Origin: Gammaproteobacteria bacterium
GTDB lineage: Bacteria; Pseudomonadota; Gammaproteobacteria; QNFE01
Length of the DNA stretch: 64,000 bases
NCBI GenBank assembly: GCA_003645455.1
Contig: QNFE01000004.1
Span: 3,406 to 67,405 of the forward strand
Direction: 5' to 3'
Each line of letters begins with the position of its first letter. Positions within the stretch are counted from its first letter, which is position 1. Shown here one piece after another: positions 37,783 to 46,224 of the stretch. The notes under the pieces are model-generated. The model worked only from the letters and a program-made list of their open reading frames with translations. It was not told the origin of the DNA and did no database searches. A program made the position numbers and the translations under genes.

Positions 37783-38304
37783 TTAGTGTAAATCAGGATT
37801 TTTATCATTCGACAGAGGGAGACCGCGAGCATAACCTGTTGAGATTTTACCAGTTAACTCATCGGAGCTGGCACTGCGAATATTTTTAACTTCTAAGTCA
37901 AATCTTAGAGTTTTGCCGGCAAATGGGTGGTTGCCGTCGACCGTGATGCGGTTATCGGTGATGCTTGATACTATAAATGTTTTTTGGTGTCCTTCTTCAT
38001 TTTGCATTTTTACCTCGGCACCTATTTTACACAACTCCTCCGGAACATTGTTGATATCATCGGTAAATGTCAAAGATGGGTCATGATATCCAAAACCTTC
38101 ATCAGGACTCAAATCTACACTTACTTTATCACCTGGCGAGCATCCTTCTAAGGCGTTTTCAATTTTAGGATACATATTGTTTTCTAATTTATGGATGTAG
38201 TTAATCGGCAGATCCATTTTCTCCAATAGGCTATTATCTTTTTTGTCGTAAATTTCATAGGTTATTTCGACTAATTTATTTTTAATTATTTTTGGTTTTG
38301 GCAT
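37783..38304 (-). CDS. slyD: FKBP-type peptidyl-prolyl cis-trans isomerase (SlyD/FkpB-like)
   Basis: VDGNHPFAGKTLRFDLEV motif and an inserted IF domain; 173 aa. Confidence 0.75.
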   Translation of the reverse strand: MPKPKIIKNKLVEITYEIYDKKDNSLLEKMDLPINYIHKLENNMYPKIENALEGCSPGDKVSVDLSPDEGFGYHDPSLTFTDDINNVPEELCKIGAEVKMQNEEGHQKTFIVSSITDNRITVDGNHPFAGKTLRFDLEVKNIRSASSDELTGKISTGYARGLPLSNDKNPDLH

Positions 38305-38341
38305 TTTGTTTTCTCCTTAGTTATTGGTGTTGCTATTATTA

Positions 38342-38584
38342 TTATTTTTCCCATTCCATTAAAATTTGTTTGGGACGTTGTTGTTGTAATTGCTCTTCGG
38401 CTGACAAGGGATTATCAGCGAAAATAACTTGGAATTCATCAGCGTTATTCTTATCTGTATTTTGCATACGAAGAGTGCGAACTTCTTTTTTAGCATCAAT
38501 AAATCTATCAAATTGATTCATTTTTTGCATAATTTTTGGTGCCGGTGGTAAATTTTTCTGCACTTTAAATATAAAATATGGCAT
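38342..38584 (-). CDS. Hypothetical small protein
   Basis: 80-aa ORF with good coding bias; no family recognised. Confidence 0.3.
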   Translation of the reverse strand: MPYFIFKVQKNLPPAPKIMQKMNQFDRFIDAKKEVRTLRMQNTDKNNADEFQVIFADNPLSAEEQLQQQRPKQILMEWEK

Positions 38585-38608
38585 AATTTCCTATTTTTGT
38601 GATAGATT

Positions 38609-39088
38609 ATGAGATTTTTAAGCATTGATCCTGGTTCTGCCATAACTGGTTTTGGTATCATAGATAGCGATGGCAAAAAATATCATTTAATAAAACAGGG
38701 CACTATTATACTAAAAAAAATAAAAGAACATCCATTAAAGTTAAAAAAAATATATTATGAGGTAAATAATCTGATTTTGGAACATCAGCCGGATGAGTTT
38801 GCCATAGAAGATGTATTTATTAGCAAAAACCCCCAGTCTGCTTTAAAGTTAGGACAGGCACGAGGGGCTGCGATTTGTGCGGCAGTTAATAATAACTTAG
38901 GGGTTTTTGAATACTTTCCAAGAATTGTTAAAAAAACAGTAGTGGGGGCAGGCTCTGCTGATAAAAATCAAGTGCAACATATGATTAAAATCCTGCTAAA
39001 TTGTAGGGCAGAAAAGATAACAGAAGATGCAGCTGATGCCTTGGCAGTTGGCATTTGCCATATTAACCATAAACGAAATATAATATGA
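38609..39088 (+). CDS. ruvC: Holliday junction resolvase RuvC
   Basis: MRFLSIDPGSAITGFGI (catalytic Asp7); 159 aa. Confidence 0.9.
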   Translation: MRFLSIDPGSAITGFGIIDSDGKKYHLIKQGTIILKKIKEHPLKLKKIYYEVNNLILEHQPDEFAIEDVFISKNPQSALKLGQARGAAICAAVNNNLGVFEYFPRIVKKTVVGAGSADKNQVQHMIKILLNCRAEKITEDAADALAVGICHINHKRNII

Positions 39089-39666
39089 TAGCGACATTAA
39101 CAGGTTTAATTGCTTCTAAAAATCCACCATTTTTGATCTTAAATGTGATGGGTGTAGGTTATGAAGTTCAAGCTCCATTATCTTCGTTTGGCAAGTGGGA
39201 GAAAGTCGTAAAAAATGAGAGTATAACAATTTTAACTGTCCATATCGTGCGTGAGGACTCCCAAGATTTATATGGTTTTGCCACAGATGATGAAAAAAAT
39301 CTTTTTAAAACTCTGATAAAAGTCAATGGTATTGGTCCTAAGATTGCCATTGGAATTTTATCCGCCAGTGGGGTTGATGGTTTTATCGCTAATATTAACT
39401 CGGCAAATATTGATAATTTGGTGTGTCTGCCGGGGATTGGTAAAAAAACAGCCCAGCGACTTATCATCGAGATGAAAGATAAACTAACAAGCAAAGCGGG
39501 CAACAGCAAACAAGAGGCAAACTTTTTAGACAAAAATTCACAGGTTATATCTGCCTTGACGAATTTGGGTTTTAAATCAAGTGTCGCCCAACGGATGTTA
39601 GCAGGAATTGATAGCAATAACAAAACTATTGATGAGATATTAAGATTAGCATTGAAAAATAACTGA
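39085..39666 (+). CDS. ruvA: Holliday junction branch-migration protein RuvA
   Basis: MIATLTGLI...GVGYEV start and HhH motifs (LPGIGKKTAQRLI). Its start overlaps ruvC. Confidence 0.9.
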   Translation: MIATLTGLIASKNPPFLILNVMGVGYEVQAPLSSFGKWEKVVKNESITILTVHIVREDSQDLYGFATDDEKNLFKTLIKVNGIGPKIAIGILSASGVDGFIANINSANIDNLVCLPGIGKKTAQRLIIEMKDKLTSKAGNSKQEANFLDKNSQVISALTNLGFKSSVAQRMLAGIDSNNKTIDEILRLALKNN

Positions 39667-39731
39667 TGATTTATTATCCGTCTGCTCCTATGAAATAAAT
39701 ACTCCTGCCTACGGTCATGATGCCAAAAAGT

Positions 39732-39828
39732 CCGTCACTGCGAACGAGCCGCGGCGAAGTGTGGCAGTCTCTTGTTGTTATTCGTATACCACGATGAGAT
39801 CGCTCCTCGCGATGACGTATTCTTTTTA
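39732..39828. repeat. MITE-like element, family 2, copy B (shorter, ~97 bp)
   Basis: CCGTCACTGCGAACGAG...GTGGCAGTCTCT...CTCCTCGCGATGACGTATTCTTTTTA has the same termini and core as 11953..12067, with a ~22-nt internal deletion. It lies where ruvB would normally follow ruvA. Confidence 0.6.
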
Positions 39829-39838
39829 TGGCTTTTTC

Positions 39839-41377
39839 TTAATCAAAAACTACTCTGAATCCTATGTCATAACTTGTCAAAGTAGGATGCAAATATCTTT
39901 TGGAGGTTAGAATTGTATTGGATTTATCAAGTGCAAAACTACCGCCCTTGATAACGGCTTGGATATTTTGTTTTGACAAATTAAAGGTAGAGGTCCACTC
40001 CGATACATTCGCCCCCATCGCATATAAACCCAGCAAAGAAATGTCGTTTTTGTCTGATTTTATATCAATGGGATGATTTATATTATTTTCTCTGCTGTGA
40101 GTTATGATAGGCGGATTATTAGAATTTGGATAAATAAATTTATGTAAATTGACACTTTGCATCCACTGCTCTGATGTCGGCAACCTGCCACCTGCAAATT
40201 TGGCAAAAGAATAAGCACAATACCAGTTAATATTTGTGATGGGTCGGCGGGGATTCTTTAATTGTTGTTGCCAATTATTAGGCTTGCACTTGTTGTTTTT
40301 TGGTTGAGATTCGTTGGCATAAAAATTTAATTTGACAAAAGTATTATTTAAAAATTTTTGATAATCTGCAATGCTTATCTCATATTTGCTGATTTTAAAA
40401 TTATTTTTTATTCTATCTTGTTTGATGATGGAGGCTGCATCCTGATAGGATAGTTGGCTGATATGTGGCAACAGAGCGGGCATTTTTGCTTGCTTTTTCA
40501 AACCTATCGTGTATTCCCCATCTGGAATTTTTATTAAATTTAAATTTGTTCCCCAGGCAGTTGTTTTTAAATTTTCATCATAAACACATCTAAACCCCAC
40601 AAAAACGGAGCGATATTTTGGATCTTCTGGGCGATAAACAGGGTTCATAGTCCAAAGTTCGGCAGGTTTTAAATATGAATTACCACCGCTTATGATAGGG
40701 TCGCCGTGAGGATATGAACCCATAGTCCACTCTGATACCATTGTAGACATATTCTCAACACCATCTGGGGTATTGTTGGCAGGGTGAGCGCCGATTTTAG
40801 CACCGGCATTTAAAATTGGGTCATCATAAACATAAGAGCTATTATCAAATTTATCACCCCAGGCATAGGTGCGAGATGTTTTACCGCCGGCAATTGCCAT
40901 CCATTCATAAGTTGCAGGTAATCTGCCACCTGTGTTGTGACAATAACTTGTAACATCATAAAAACTTATATTATTAGCGGCAACATAATTTTCACCTAAG
41001 ATTTTATGGTTTTGTGAGAGGGTTTTTGGTTTAAAATCTTGCCCTACCCCTATTACTTTTCTGATTTTATTTTTTTTGCTATATTCCATAAACTTATAAA
41101 AATCCCCTTGACGAACCTCATATTTATCAATATATATATTTTTTAATTTATAAGTTGTAGGTGGAATTGATAAGGATTTTTGTAAGATTTCTGATTTTTT
41201 AAGATAGGCAAAATTATCTAATAAAATTTTATCAATAGGGTGAATTTTTGTGGTTTTTTTATTATTACCGATTTTTATTTTTTCAATATCAATCAATAAT
41301 CCTGCAAATAAATCTGTTAATAAAAAGATAAAAAATATGAGAGTTATAGTAGCAATTGTGGCATATATTTTTTTCAT
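39839..41377 (-). CDS. Membrane-anchored protein with two tandem FGE-sulfatase (SUMF1/formylglycine-generating-enzyme-like, GldK/PorK-type) domains
   Basis: N-terminal TM. The two repeats are ...YEVRQGDFYKFM...SFYDVTSYCHNTGGRLPATYEWMAIAGG...GFRCVYD and ...YEISIADYQKFL...NWYCAYSFAKFAGGRLPTSEQWMQSV...GFRVVFD, both matching the FGE-sulfatase domain pattern. Confidence 0.65.
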   Translation of the reverse strand: MKKIYATIATITLIFFIFLLTDLFAGLLIDIEKIKIGNNKKTTKIHPIDKILLDNFAYLKKSEILQKSLSIPPTTYKLKNIYIDKYEVRQGDFYKFMEYSKKNKIRKVIGVGQDFKPKTLSQNHKILGENYVAANNISFYDVTSYCHNTGGRLPATYEWMAIAGGKTSRTYAWGDKFDNSSYVYDDPILNAGAKIGAHPANNTPDGVENMSTMVSEWTMGSYPHGDPIISGGNSYLKPAELWTMNPVYRPEDPKYRSVFVGFRCVYDENLKTTAWGTNLNLIKIPDGEYTIGLKKQAKMPALLPHISQLSYQDAASIIKQDRIKNNFKISKYEISIADYQKFLNNTFVKLNFYANESQPKNNKCKPNNWQQQLKNPRRPITNINWYCAYSFAKFAGGRLPTSEQWMQSVNLHKFIYPNSNNPPIITHSRENNINHPIDIKSDKNDISLLGLYAMGANVSEWTSTFNLSKQNIQAVIKGGSFALDKSNTILTSKRYLHPTLTSYDIGFRVVFD

Positions 41378-42993
41378 TTTTTTTGCCTACGAATTAAAAA
41401 GAAAATAGTAAAAGTTATAAATAAAATAAAATATAACCATAAATGAAATGATGATAAATAATTTTTACTATCACTTGATTTTAATATTAACTCTTGATTG
41501 TTAATTTTTAAATCATTTTCTAAGTTTTTAATATCAAGTTTATTTTTATTTATTTTGGCAAAAATATGTCCTAAGGATATATCTTCTATATTTTTGTCAA
41601 TCAAAGCTATGACTTGCCAATTATTGCGATTTTTGATTTTTATAGGCACTAATAAAATATTATTTTTAATAATCTCATTTTCAATTCCTTGATAAAAATT
41701 ATTATAGGGATATAACGATAAAGACAATAAATTATCGGCGAAAATATAAGGTTTGTTGTTTTTTTGATAATATAAATCAAAACCTCGGATGGGAACATTA
41801 AATGGTAGTTTTATAAAATTTTTGCCGCCTTTTTTACGATTATAAATCTGTAATTTTTTTTGCTTGGTTTGGCGTATTGATTTTATTTTTCGTAAAATTA
41901 GATTGACCTCTTGATTATAAATTGAGTTATTAACAAATTTTAAAGGGTCTTTTAAGTGGGCTTGCATTTGTTGTAAAATATCTTTAATGTTAAAATTAAA
42001 AAATTTATTTTTATTTTCAATCTCTTGGGCTTGATGTAAATATAACAATAAAAAATTTAACATAAATCTCTCATATGAAACCTGCGAGCTATTTAATTTT
42101 TTAAATTTTTGTTTAAAAGATAACTCGGCTTTGCCTTGCTCTCCTGCAATTTTTATTTTTAACTTTCGGTTGCTGAAACCTTTTATACCATGTTCTTTTT
42201 GTTGGCGTTTTTTAGCAAATGATTGAGTTAGTGCCTCGGATAAGGATAGGTTTTGTGAATCTCTTTTTTGTTTGCCAATATCGGATGGAATCCTATCATC
42301 AAATGGCGAGTTTTGCATTCTGTCAAAGTCAAAATCTGTATTATTTGGTAGGCTATGAGAAAAATCCGGTTTATCCTCTGTTGGTTTTTCTGTTGTTTCC
42401 GTTTGTTTGTCAAGGGTAAAATTAGTTTTTGTATTTTTTTGTTTTTTGTTTTTCAAACGAGCATTTGCCATATCCTCGCCATTATAATGCCAATGACGAA
42501 TTTTTAAGTTTTGCTCTTTGATAGCTGCCATCGTTAAATAATATAACCTGATGCTATAAATATCTGCTCTTAGCAATAATTTTTGGGGGCTTTTTAATGA
42601 CTTTAAAAATAATTCAAATTTATTGTTTTTTTGCAATAATTGATTACGAGTTATCGTTAAATTTAAATTAGGGTTAGTTTTTTCATCACCTAATATTCTA
42701 ATAAAATTATCATACATTTCAATAATAGGGGACTGTGGATTTCGTTTGTGATTATAGTCATGCAAAACCGCAGGTGATGAGCTTGGCAAATCATTGACGA
42801 TTATTTTATTTAATATGTCTTGTGCCATAACCACTTGCATATCTTTGTTTTGTTGAATTTGCACCTCGGCTTGGTGTTGTTTGACAACCAAAGATAGGAT
42901 TATTAAAATCAAAATTACTGCCACCCCATTTGCCAGAATATCTGCCAAAGCAATTCCGACAACGGATGGCAAATTTTGAGGGTTGAATTTCAT
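41374..42993 (-). CDS. Hypothetical 539-aa lysine-rich protein with N-terminal ExbD/MotB-like TM segment (with Asp) and C-terminal TM segment
   Basis: N-terminal TM VGIALADILANGVAVILILIIL, central low-complexity K/N/Q-rich region, and C-terminal TM LWLYFILFITFTIFFLI. Overlapping stops/starts indicate translational coupling with its neighbours. Confidence 0.45.
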   Translation of the reverse strand: MKFNPQNLPSVVGIALADILANGVAVILILIILSLVVKQHQAEVQIQQNKDMQVVMAQDILNKIIVNDLPSSSPAVLHDYNHKRNPQSPIIEMYDNFIRILGDEKTNPNLNLTITRNQLLQKNNKFELFLKSLKSPQKLLLRADIYSIRLYYLTMAAIKEQNLKIRHWHYNGEDMANARLKNKKQKNTKTNFTLDKQTETTEKPTEDKPDFSHSLPNNTDFDFDRMQNSPFDDRIPSDIGKQKRDSQNLSLSEALTQSFAKKRQQKEHGIKGFSNRKLKIKIAGEQGKAELSFKQKFKKLNSSQVSYERFMLNFLLLYLHQAQEIENKNKFFNFNIKDILQQMQAHLKDPLKFVNNSIYNQEVNLILRKIKSIRQTKQKKLQIYNRKKGGKNFIKLPFNVPIRGFDLYYQKNNKPYIFADNLLSLSLYPYNNFYQGIENEIIKNNILLVPIKIKNRNNWQVIALIDKNIEDISLGHIFAKINKNKLDIKNLENDLKINNQELILKSSDSKNYLSSFHLWLYFILFITFTIFFLIRRQKK

Positions 42994-43006
42994 TTTGAGA
43001 TAGTTC

Positions 43007-43516
43007 TCATTTTTTTATGACTTTTTTAATGTGGGGCGGAATGTCTTTGATATTAACAGATTTTAATAATTCTTGATTAGCTATAATCCAGCCGATAGAT
43101 ATTTTTTTGCCGGCGAATATAGCCATAAGGCAATCACGCGATTTTTTCATTGTGCCTGCTCCGCCCTCTAAAATTGCAAAAATAATTTGTTGTTTTGGTT
43201 GGGAATAAATATTTTTTGCATACGAGACAAAAGCACTATTATTTTTGCAAATATTTGCTCTTTTAACGCTTTTTTGATCTTCAATAATGTGTAATTTATC
43301 TTTAAAACTCAGGACAACAAAACCCTCTCCATCAGAGCCCCAACTTATATTATAGATGCCATCGCTGTTATCTATATCGGCTAATCGCTGGGCTGTCGTG
43401 GATTCACTAATTAGATTAAACAACAAAAACAACACCAGCAACAAAGCGAATGCACCGCCGAAAATCTCAACTATCGCATAGTTATCACCCTCGTCATTAT
43501 TGCGATATTTTCTCAT
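43007..43516 (-). CDS. ExbD/TolR/MotB-like single-TM protein (putative stator partner)
   Basis: A short cytoplasmic N-terminus is followed by a TM with an acidic residue (AIVEIFGGAFALLLVLFLLF). The C-terminal IIFAILEGGAGTMKKSRDCLMAIFAGKKISIGWI resembles the ExbD periplasmic fold. Its start overlaps the MotA-like gene by 4 nt. Confidence 0.45.
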   Translation of the reverse strand: MRKYRNNDEGDNYAIVEIFGGAFALLLVLFLLFNLISESTTAQRLADIDNSDGIYNISWGSDGEGFVVLSFKDKLHIIEDQKSVKRANICKNNSAFVSYAKNIYSQPKQQIIFAILEGGAGTMKKSRDCLMAIFAGKKISIGWIIANQELLKSVNIKDIPPHIKKVIKK

Positions 43517-44496
43517 TTTTGCAAGTTTTGCTTTTGCAGATCACAAAAAAATTGTTCCTCCTTTTTTTGTAATAAGGTTTGCAATAATGCCAAAACTACA
43601 CTCAACGATAAAGCGATTAAAGTGGTATCAAAAGCAATGCCAAGCGGGGCAATAGCGGATGCGAGATCTGAGCCCATCTGCGACAGCCCATCTCCTCCTG
43701 CTATGATTTTTTGCAAGCCTTCGGATGCCAAAGAAATCCCCAAAACCGTGCCGATAAATCCTAATAATGGAATCGCCCAGTTAATGTATTTTAAAGTTTG
43801 ATAAAAATTATTATTTTGTTGCCAGATAACCTCAACAACATCATTAAAATTGGTTTTGTTAATTTTGATTGGTGATTTTTGTTGTTTTTTCAAGGATAAT
43901 AATTTGCCAAGCAACAACAACAACCCCCAGTTGAATAACACCAGACACAATGGCGGAATTATGCCCCTATCTAACATTTTACTATTTAAAAAACTCAAAA
44001 AATCAGGCAACATATGAGATTGAATTAAAGACAGCAACAAAGCGGACAAAATAATAGCGATTGACAAAGAAAATAACAACGGCGGCCCATTTAAAAAATT
44101 ATCTAAATATTCGTTAAATACTTTATTATTTTTTTCGTCAAATAATCTGATTAGAGCAAAGTTTATCAATACACATAAAATTATCAATACCAAAGAAAAA
44201 TGGAATCTCAAATCAATTTGAATTTTATCAGTTTGAATAATATTAAACACAACATCAAAAACAAAAATTGAGGCGAATAAAATACTAAACAAAGACAACA
44301 AATTCATTGAATGTTGCCAAAATTTGTCTTGATATTTTTTTAAACTACTCACAAAAAACCAAACAATCGGCAAAATTGTCGCTATAACAATTAATGCCGT
44401 TGTAGATATCTCAAGCAATCCTGCAACAACAAAAGCCCCTGCCAGAGAGATAATTAAATTCAATCCTAAGTTTAAATACGGATATATTTTTTTCAT
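43513..44496 (-). CDS. MotA/TolQ/ExbB proton-channel family protein
   Basis: The C-terminal INWAIPLLGFIGTVLGISLASEGLQ...LASAIAPLGIAFDTTLIALSLSVV matches the MotA_ExbB signature. It has ~6 TM helices and no long cytoplasmic tail. Confidence 0.7.
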   Translation of the reverse strand: MKKIYPYLNLGLNLIISLAGAFVVAGLLEISTTALIVIATILPIVWFFVSSLKKYQDKFWQHSMNLLSLFSILFASIFVFDVVFNIIQTDKIQIDLRFHFSLVLIILCVLINFALIRLFDEKNNKVFNEYLDNFLNGPPLLFSLSIAIILSALLLSLIQSHMLPDFLSFLNSKMLDRGIIPPLCLVLFNWGLLLLLGKLLSLKKQQKSPIKINKTNFNDVVEVIWQQNNNFYQTLKYINWAIPLLGFIGTVLGISLASEGLQKIIAGGDGLSQMGSDLASAIAPLGIAFDTTLIALSLSVVLALLQTLLQKKEEQFFCDLQKQNLQK

Positions 44497-44516
44497 TTTT
44501 TAATTCCTTTGTGAAG

Positions 44517-45479
44517 TTATACAATCATTTCAAGTCGGTTTTTGTTATCTTTAATTTTGTCTAATCTATATTGAGCGATTTTTATATATTCTTTATTAAG
44601 TTCAATTCCGATATAATTTCTATCCATCATTTTACAGGCTACGGCTGTTGTGCCTGATCCTAAAAATGGATCTAAAACAACTGCTCCTGTTTTGGTGGTA
44701 AGAGATATAAGATATTTACAGATTGATAGGGGCTTGACTGTTTTGTGGGTATTGCCTGCTCCCTTTTCTTTTTTGTTTGGTTTGCCTGTTAAAAACGCTC
44801 TGTCAATAATGGGGCTTATATTTTGAGAAGAGACAACATTCGCAGGGTGCATATTTTGATCCTTGCCGTGTTTTATAGAGGTATTTACCAACGATACATT
44901 ATGTCGCATCATATTGTTTAAAAAAGTTTTGTCAACTGGTTTTTGTGCCATGGCGATGGGCTCAAAACAGGATTTTACCTGTGGGGTTTTCCAGCCACTT
45001 AAAGTTTTTATCAATCTGTTTTTTTCAAAATCTGACATATCTAATTTTTTAATGAAATGGTTAAGGCTCATACCTTTTGGTTGGTTCATTGTGTATAACC
45101 ACATAAAACAGTCACGAATATCAAAACCTGCATCTTCTATCGCACATGCCATTCTATGATATAAACGAGGGCTTGAAAATGAAAAGAAAAATCCACCTGG
45201 TTTTAAAACCCTGTATAATTCTTCTGATATTTTTAAATACCACTTATAAAATCGCTTGCCTTGGTTTTTATCAAACTTCATACCAGCTGGCAGTGATTTA
45301 ATCGTGTGTAAATTTTTATCATTATGCACTCTATCAACATTCCATTTATTATCCATTTTATCTAAAAAATATGGTGGATCTGTCAGCACAATATCCACAG
45401 AATTTTCTTGGATATTTTTTAAAAACTCTAGTGAATCTTGATTTATTATTTTGTTTATATATTCGTTATTTTTTAACAT
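44517..45479 (-). CDS. DNA methyltransferase, beta-class N4-cytosine/N6-adenine family (DPPY then FxGxG)
   Basis: Motif IV VLTDPPYF is N-terminal and motif I VVLDPFLGSGTT C-terminal. This order indicates a PF01555-type MTase. Confidence 0.8.
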   Translation of the reverse strand: MLKNNEYINKIINQDSLEFLKNIQENSVDIVLTDPPYFLDKMDNKWNVDRVHNDKNLHTIKSLPAGMKFDKNQGKRFYKWYLKISEELYRVLKPGGFFFSFSSPRLYHRMACAIEDAGFDIRDCFMWLYTMNQPKGMSLNHFIKKLDMSDFEKNRLIKTLSGWKTPQVKSCFEPIAMAQKPVDKTFLNNMMRHNVSLVNTSIKHGKDQNMHPANVVSSQNISPIIDRAFLTGKPNKKEKGAGNTHKTVKPLSICKYLISLTTKTGAVVLDPFLGSGTTAVACKMMDRNYIGIELNKEYIKIAQYRLDKIKDNKNRLEMIV

Positions 45480-46179
45480 TGAATTTTTGCTCCAATAGTT
45501 TATATGCTTTTTTCTGTACTTCTATTGTACTTCTTAAAATTACTTTTGCATTCGCTAATTTAATTACTCTACCTTTTCTGTCATATTCCCAACGATTTCT
45601 GTCGGCTTGATTGCACTTTTGACATTGTGGAATTATGTTGCCGGCAATAAGTGGCTTTTGTGGATTCATATGGGCTTTTTGGAGTTTGGTTTTAGTTGCC
45701 GGCCAATGAAAATGAGGTTTGTTTTCAACAGAGCCACAGGTCGCACATCTGTTTTGATATTTTCTTTTTATTTCATCAAAATCATCGCCAATATCTTCCA
45801 ATCTACGGTTAGATTTAAAATCAGGATAGGGTTGTTCTAAGGTGTATAATTTGTATTCTCCTCTTTTTAAGTTTTCAACAATATTGTCTCTGCCGCCTGC
45901 GACTATCCACCAACCTTTTTGAGCCCCAAGATGTCTTGCTTGTTGCATGTCATTAGTGTTTGGATAATATTGTCTGATAAATTGAGTTAATTCGTTTTTT
46001 GATGCTACTTTTGTTTGTGGATAATTTTGAGCAAGATAGATTAAAACAAGAGCGTCTTTGGTGTAGCCTGTTTTATATTTAAGGTTAGGTAATTTTACTC
46101 CCACATCTTTTAAGAATTTACCATGGTAAGATTTGATTGTATTGTAGGTTTTATTAATAGTGCTATCTGTTAGTTTCAT
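45466..46179 (-). CDS. HNH-family endonuclease (putative Type II restriction enzyme)
   Basis: C-terminal CATCGS...H..N...CQKCNQADRNRW is a CxxC...H...N...CxxC HNH/zinc-finger nuclease pattern. The N-terminal ~130 aa is a putative DNA-recognition domain. It overlaps the downstream MTase by 14 nt. Confidence 0.65.
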   Translation of the reverse strand: MKLTDSTINKTYNTIKSYHGKFLKDVGVKLPNLKYKTGYTKDALVLIYLAQNYPQTKVASKNELTQFIRQYYPNTNDMQQARHLGAQKGWWIVAGGRDNIVENLKRGEYKLYTLEQPYPDFKSNRRLEDIGDDFDEIKRKYQNRCATCGSVENKPHFHWPATKTKLQKAHMNPQKPLIAGNIIPQCQKCNQADRNRWEYDRKGRVIKLANAKVILRSTIEVQKKAYKLLEQKFNVKK

Positions 46180-46224
46180 ATTTTTATTGTTGTTTAACTT
46201 TTAATGTTATTTTTTGTTGTATTA

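Noticed and set aside
39839-44496. Zorya (ZorAB) anti-phage system assignment for the MotA/ExbD-like pair
   Set aside because: ZorA requires a long (>300 aa) cytoplasmic coiled-coil tail and co-occurs with ZorC/ZorD or ZorE encoded in the same operon. The MotA-like protein here is only 327 aa with no tail, and the partner genes are different (FGE-sulfatase protein). The adjacent HNH nucleases belong to methyltransferase genes, not to a ZorE-like position.
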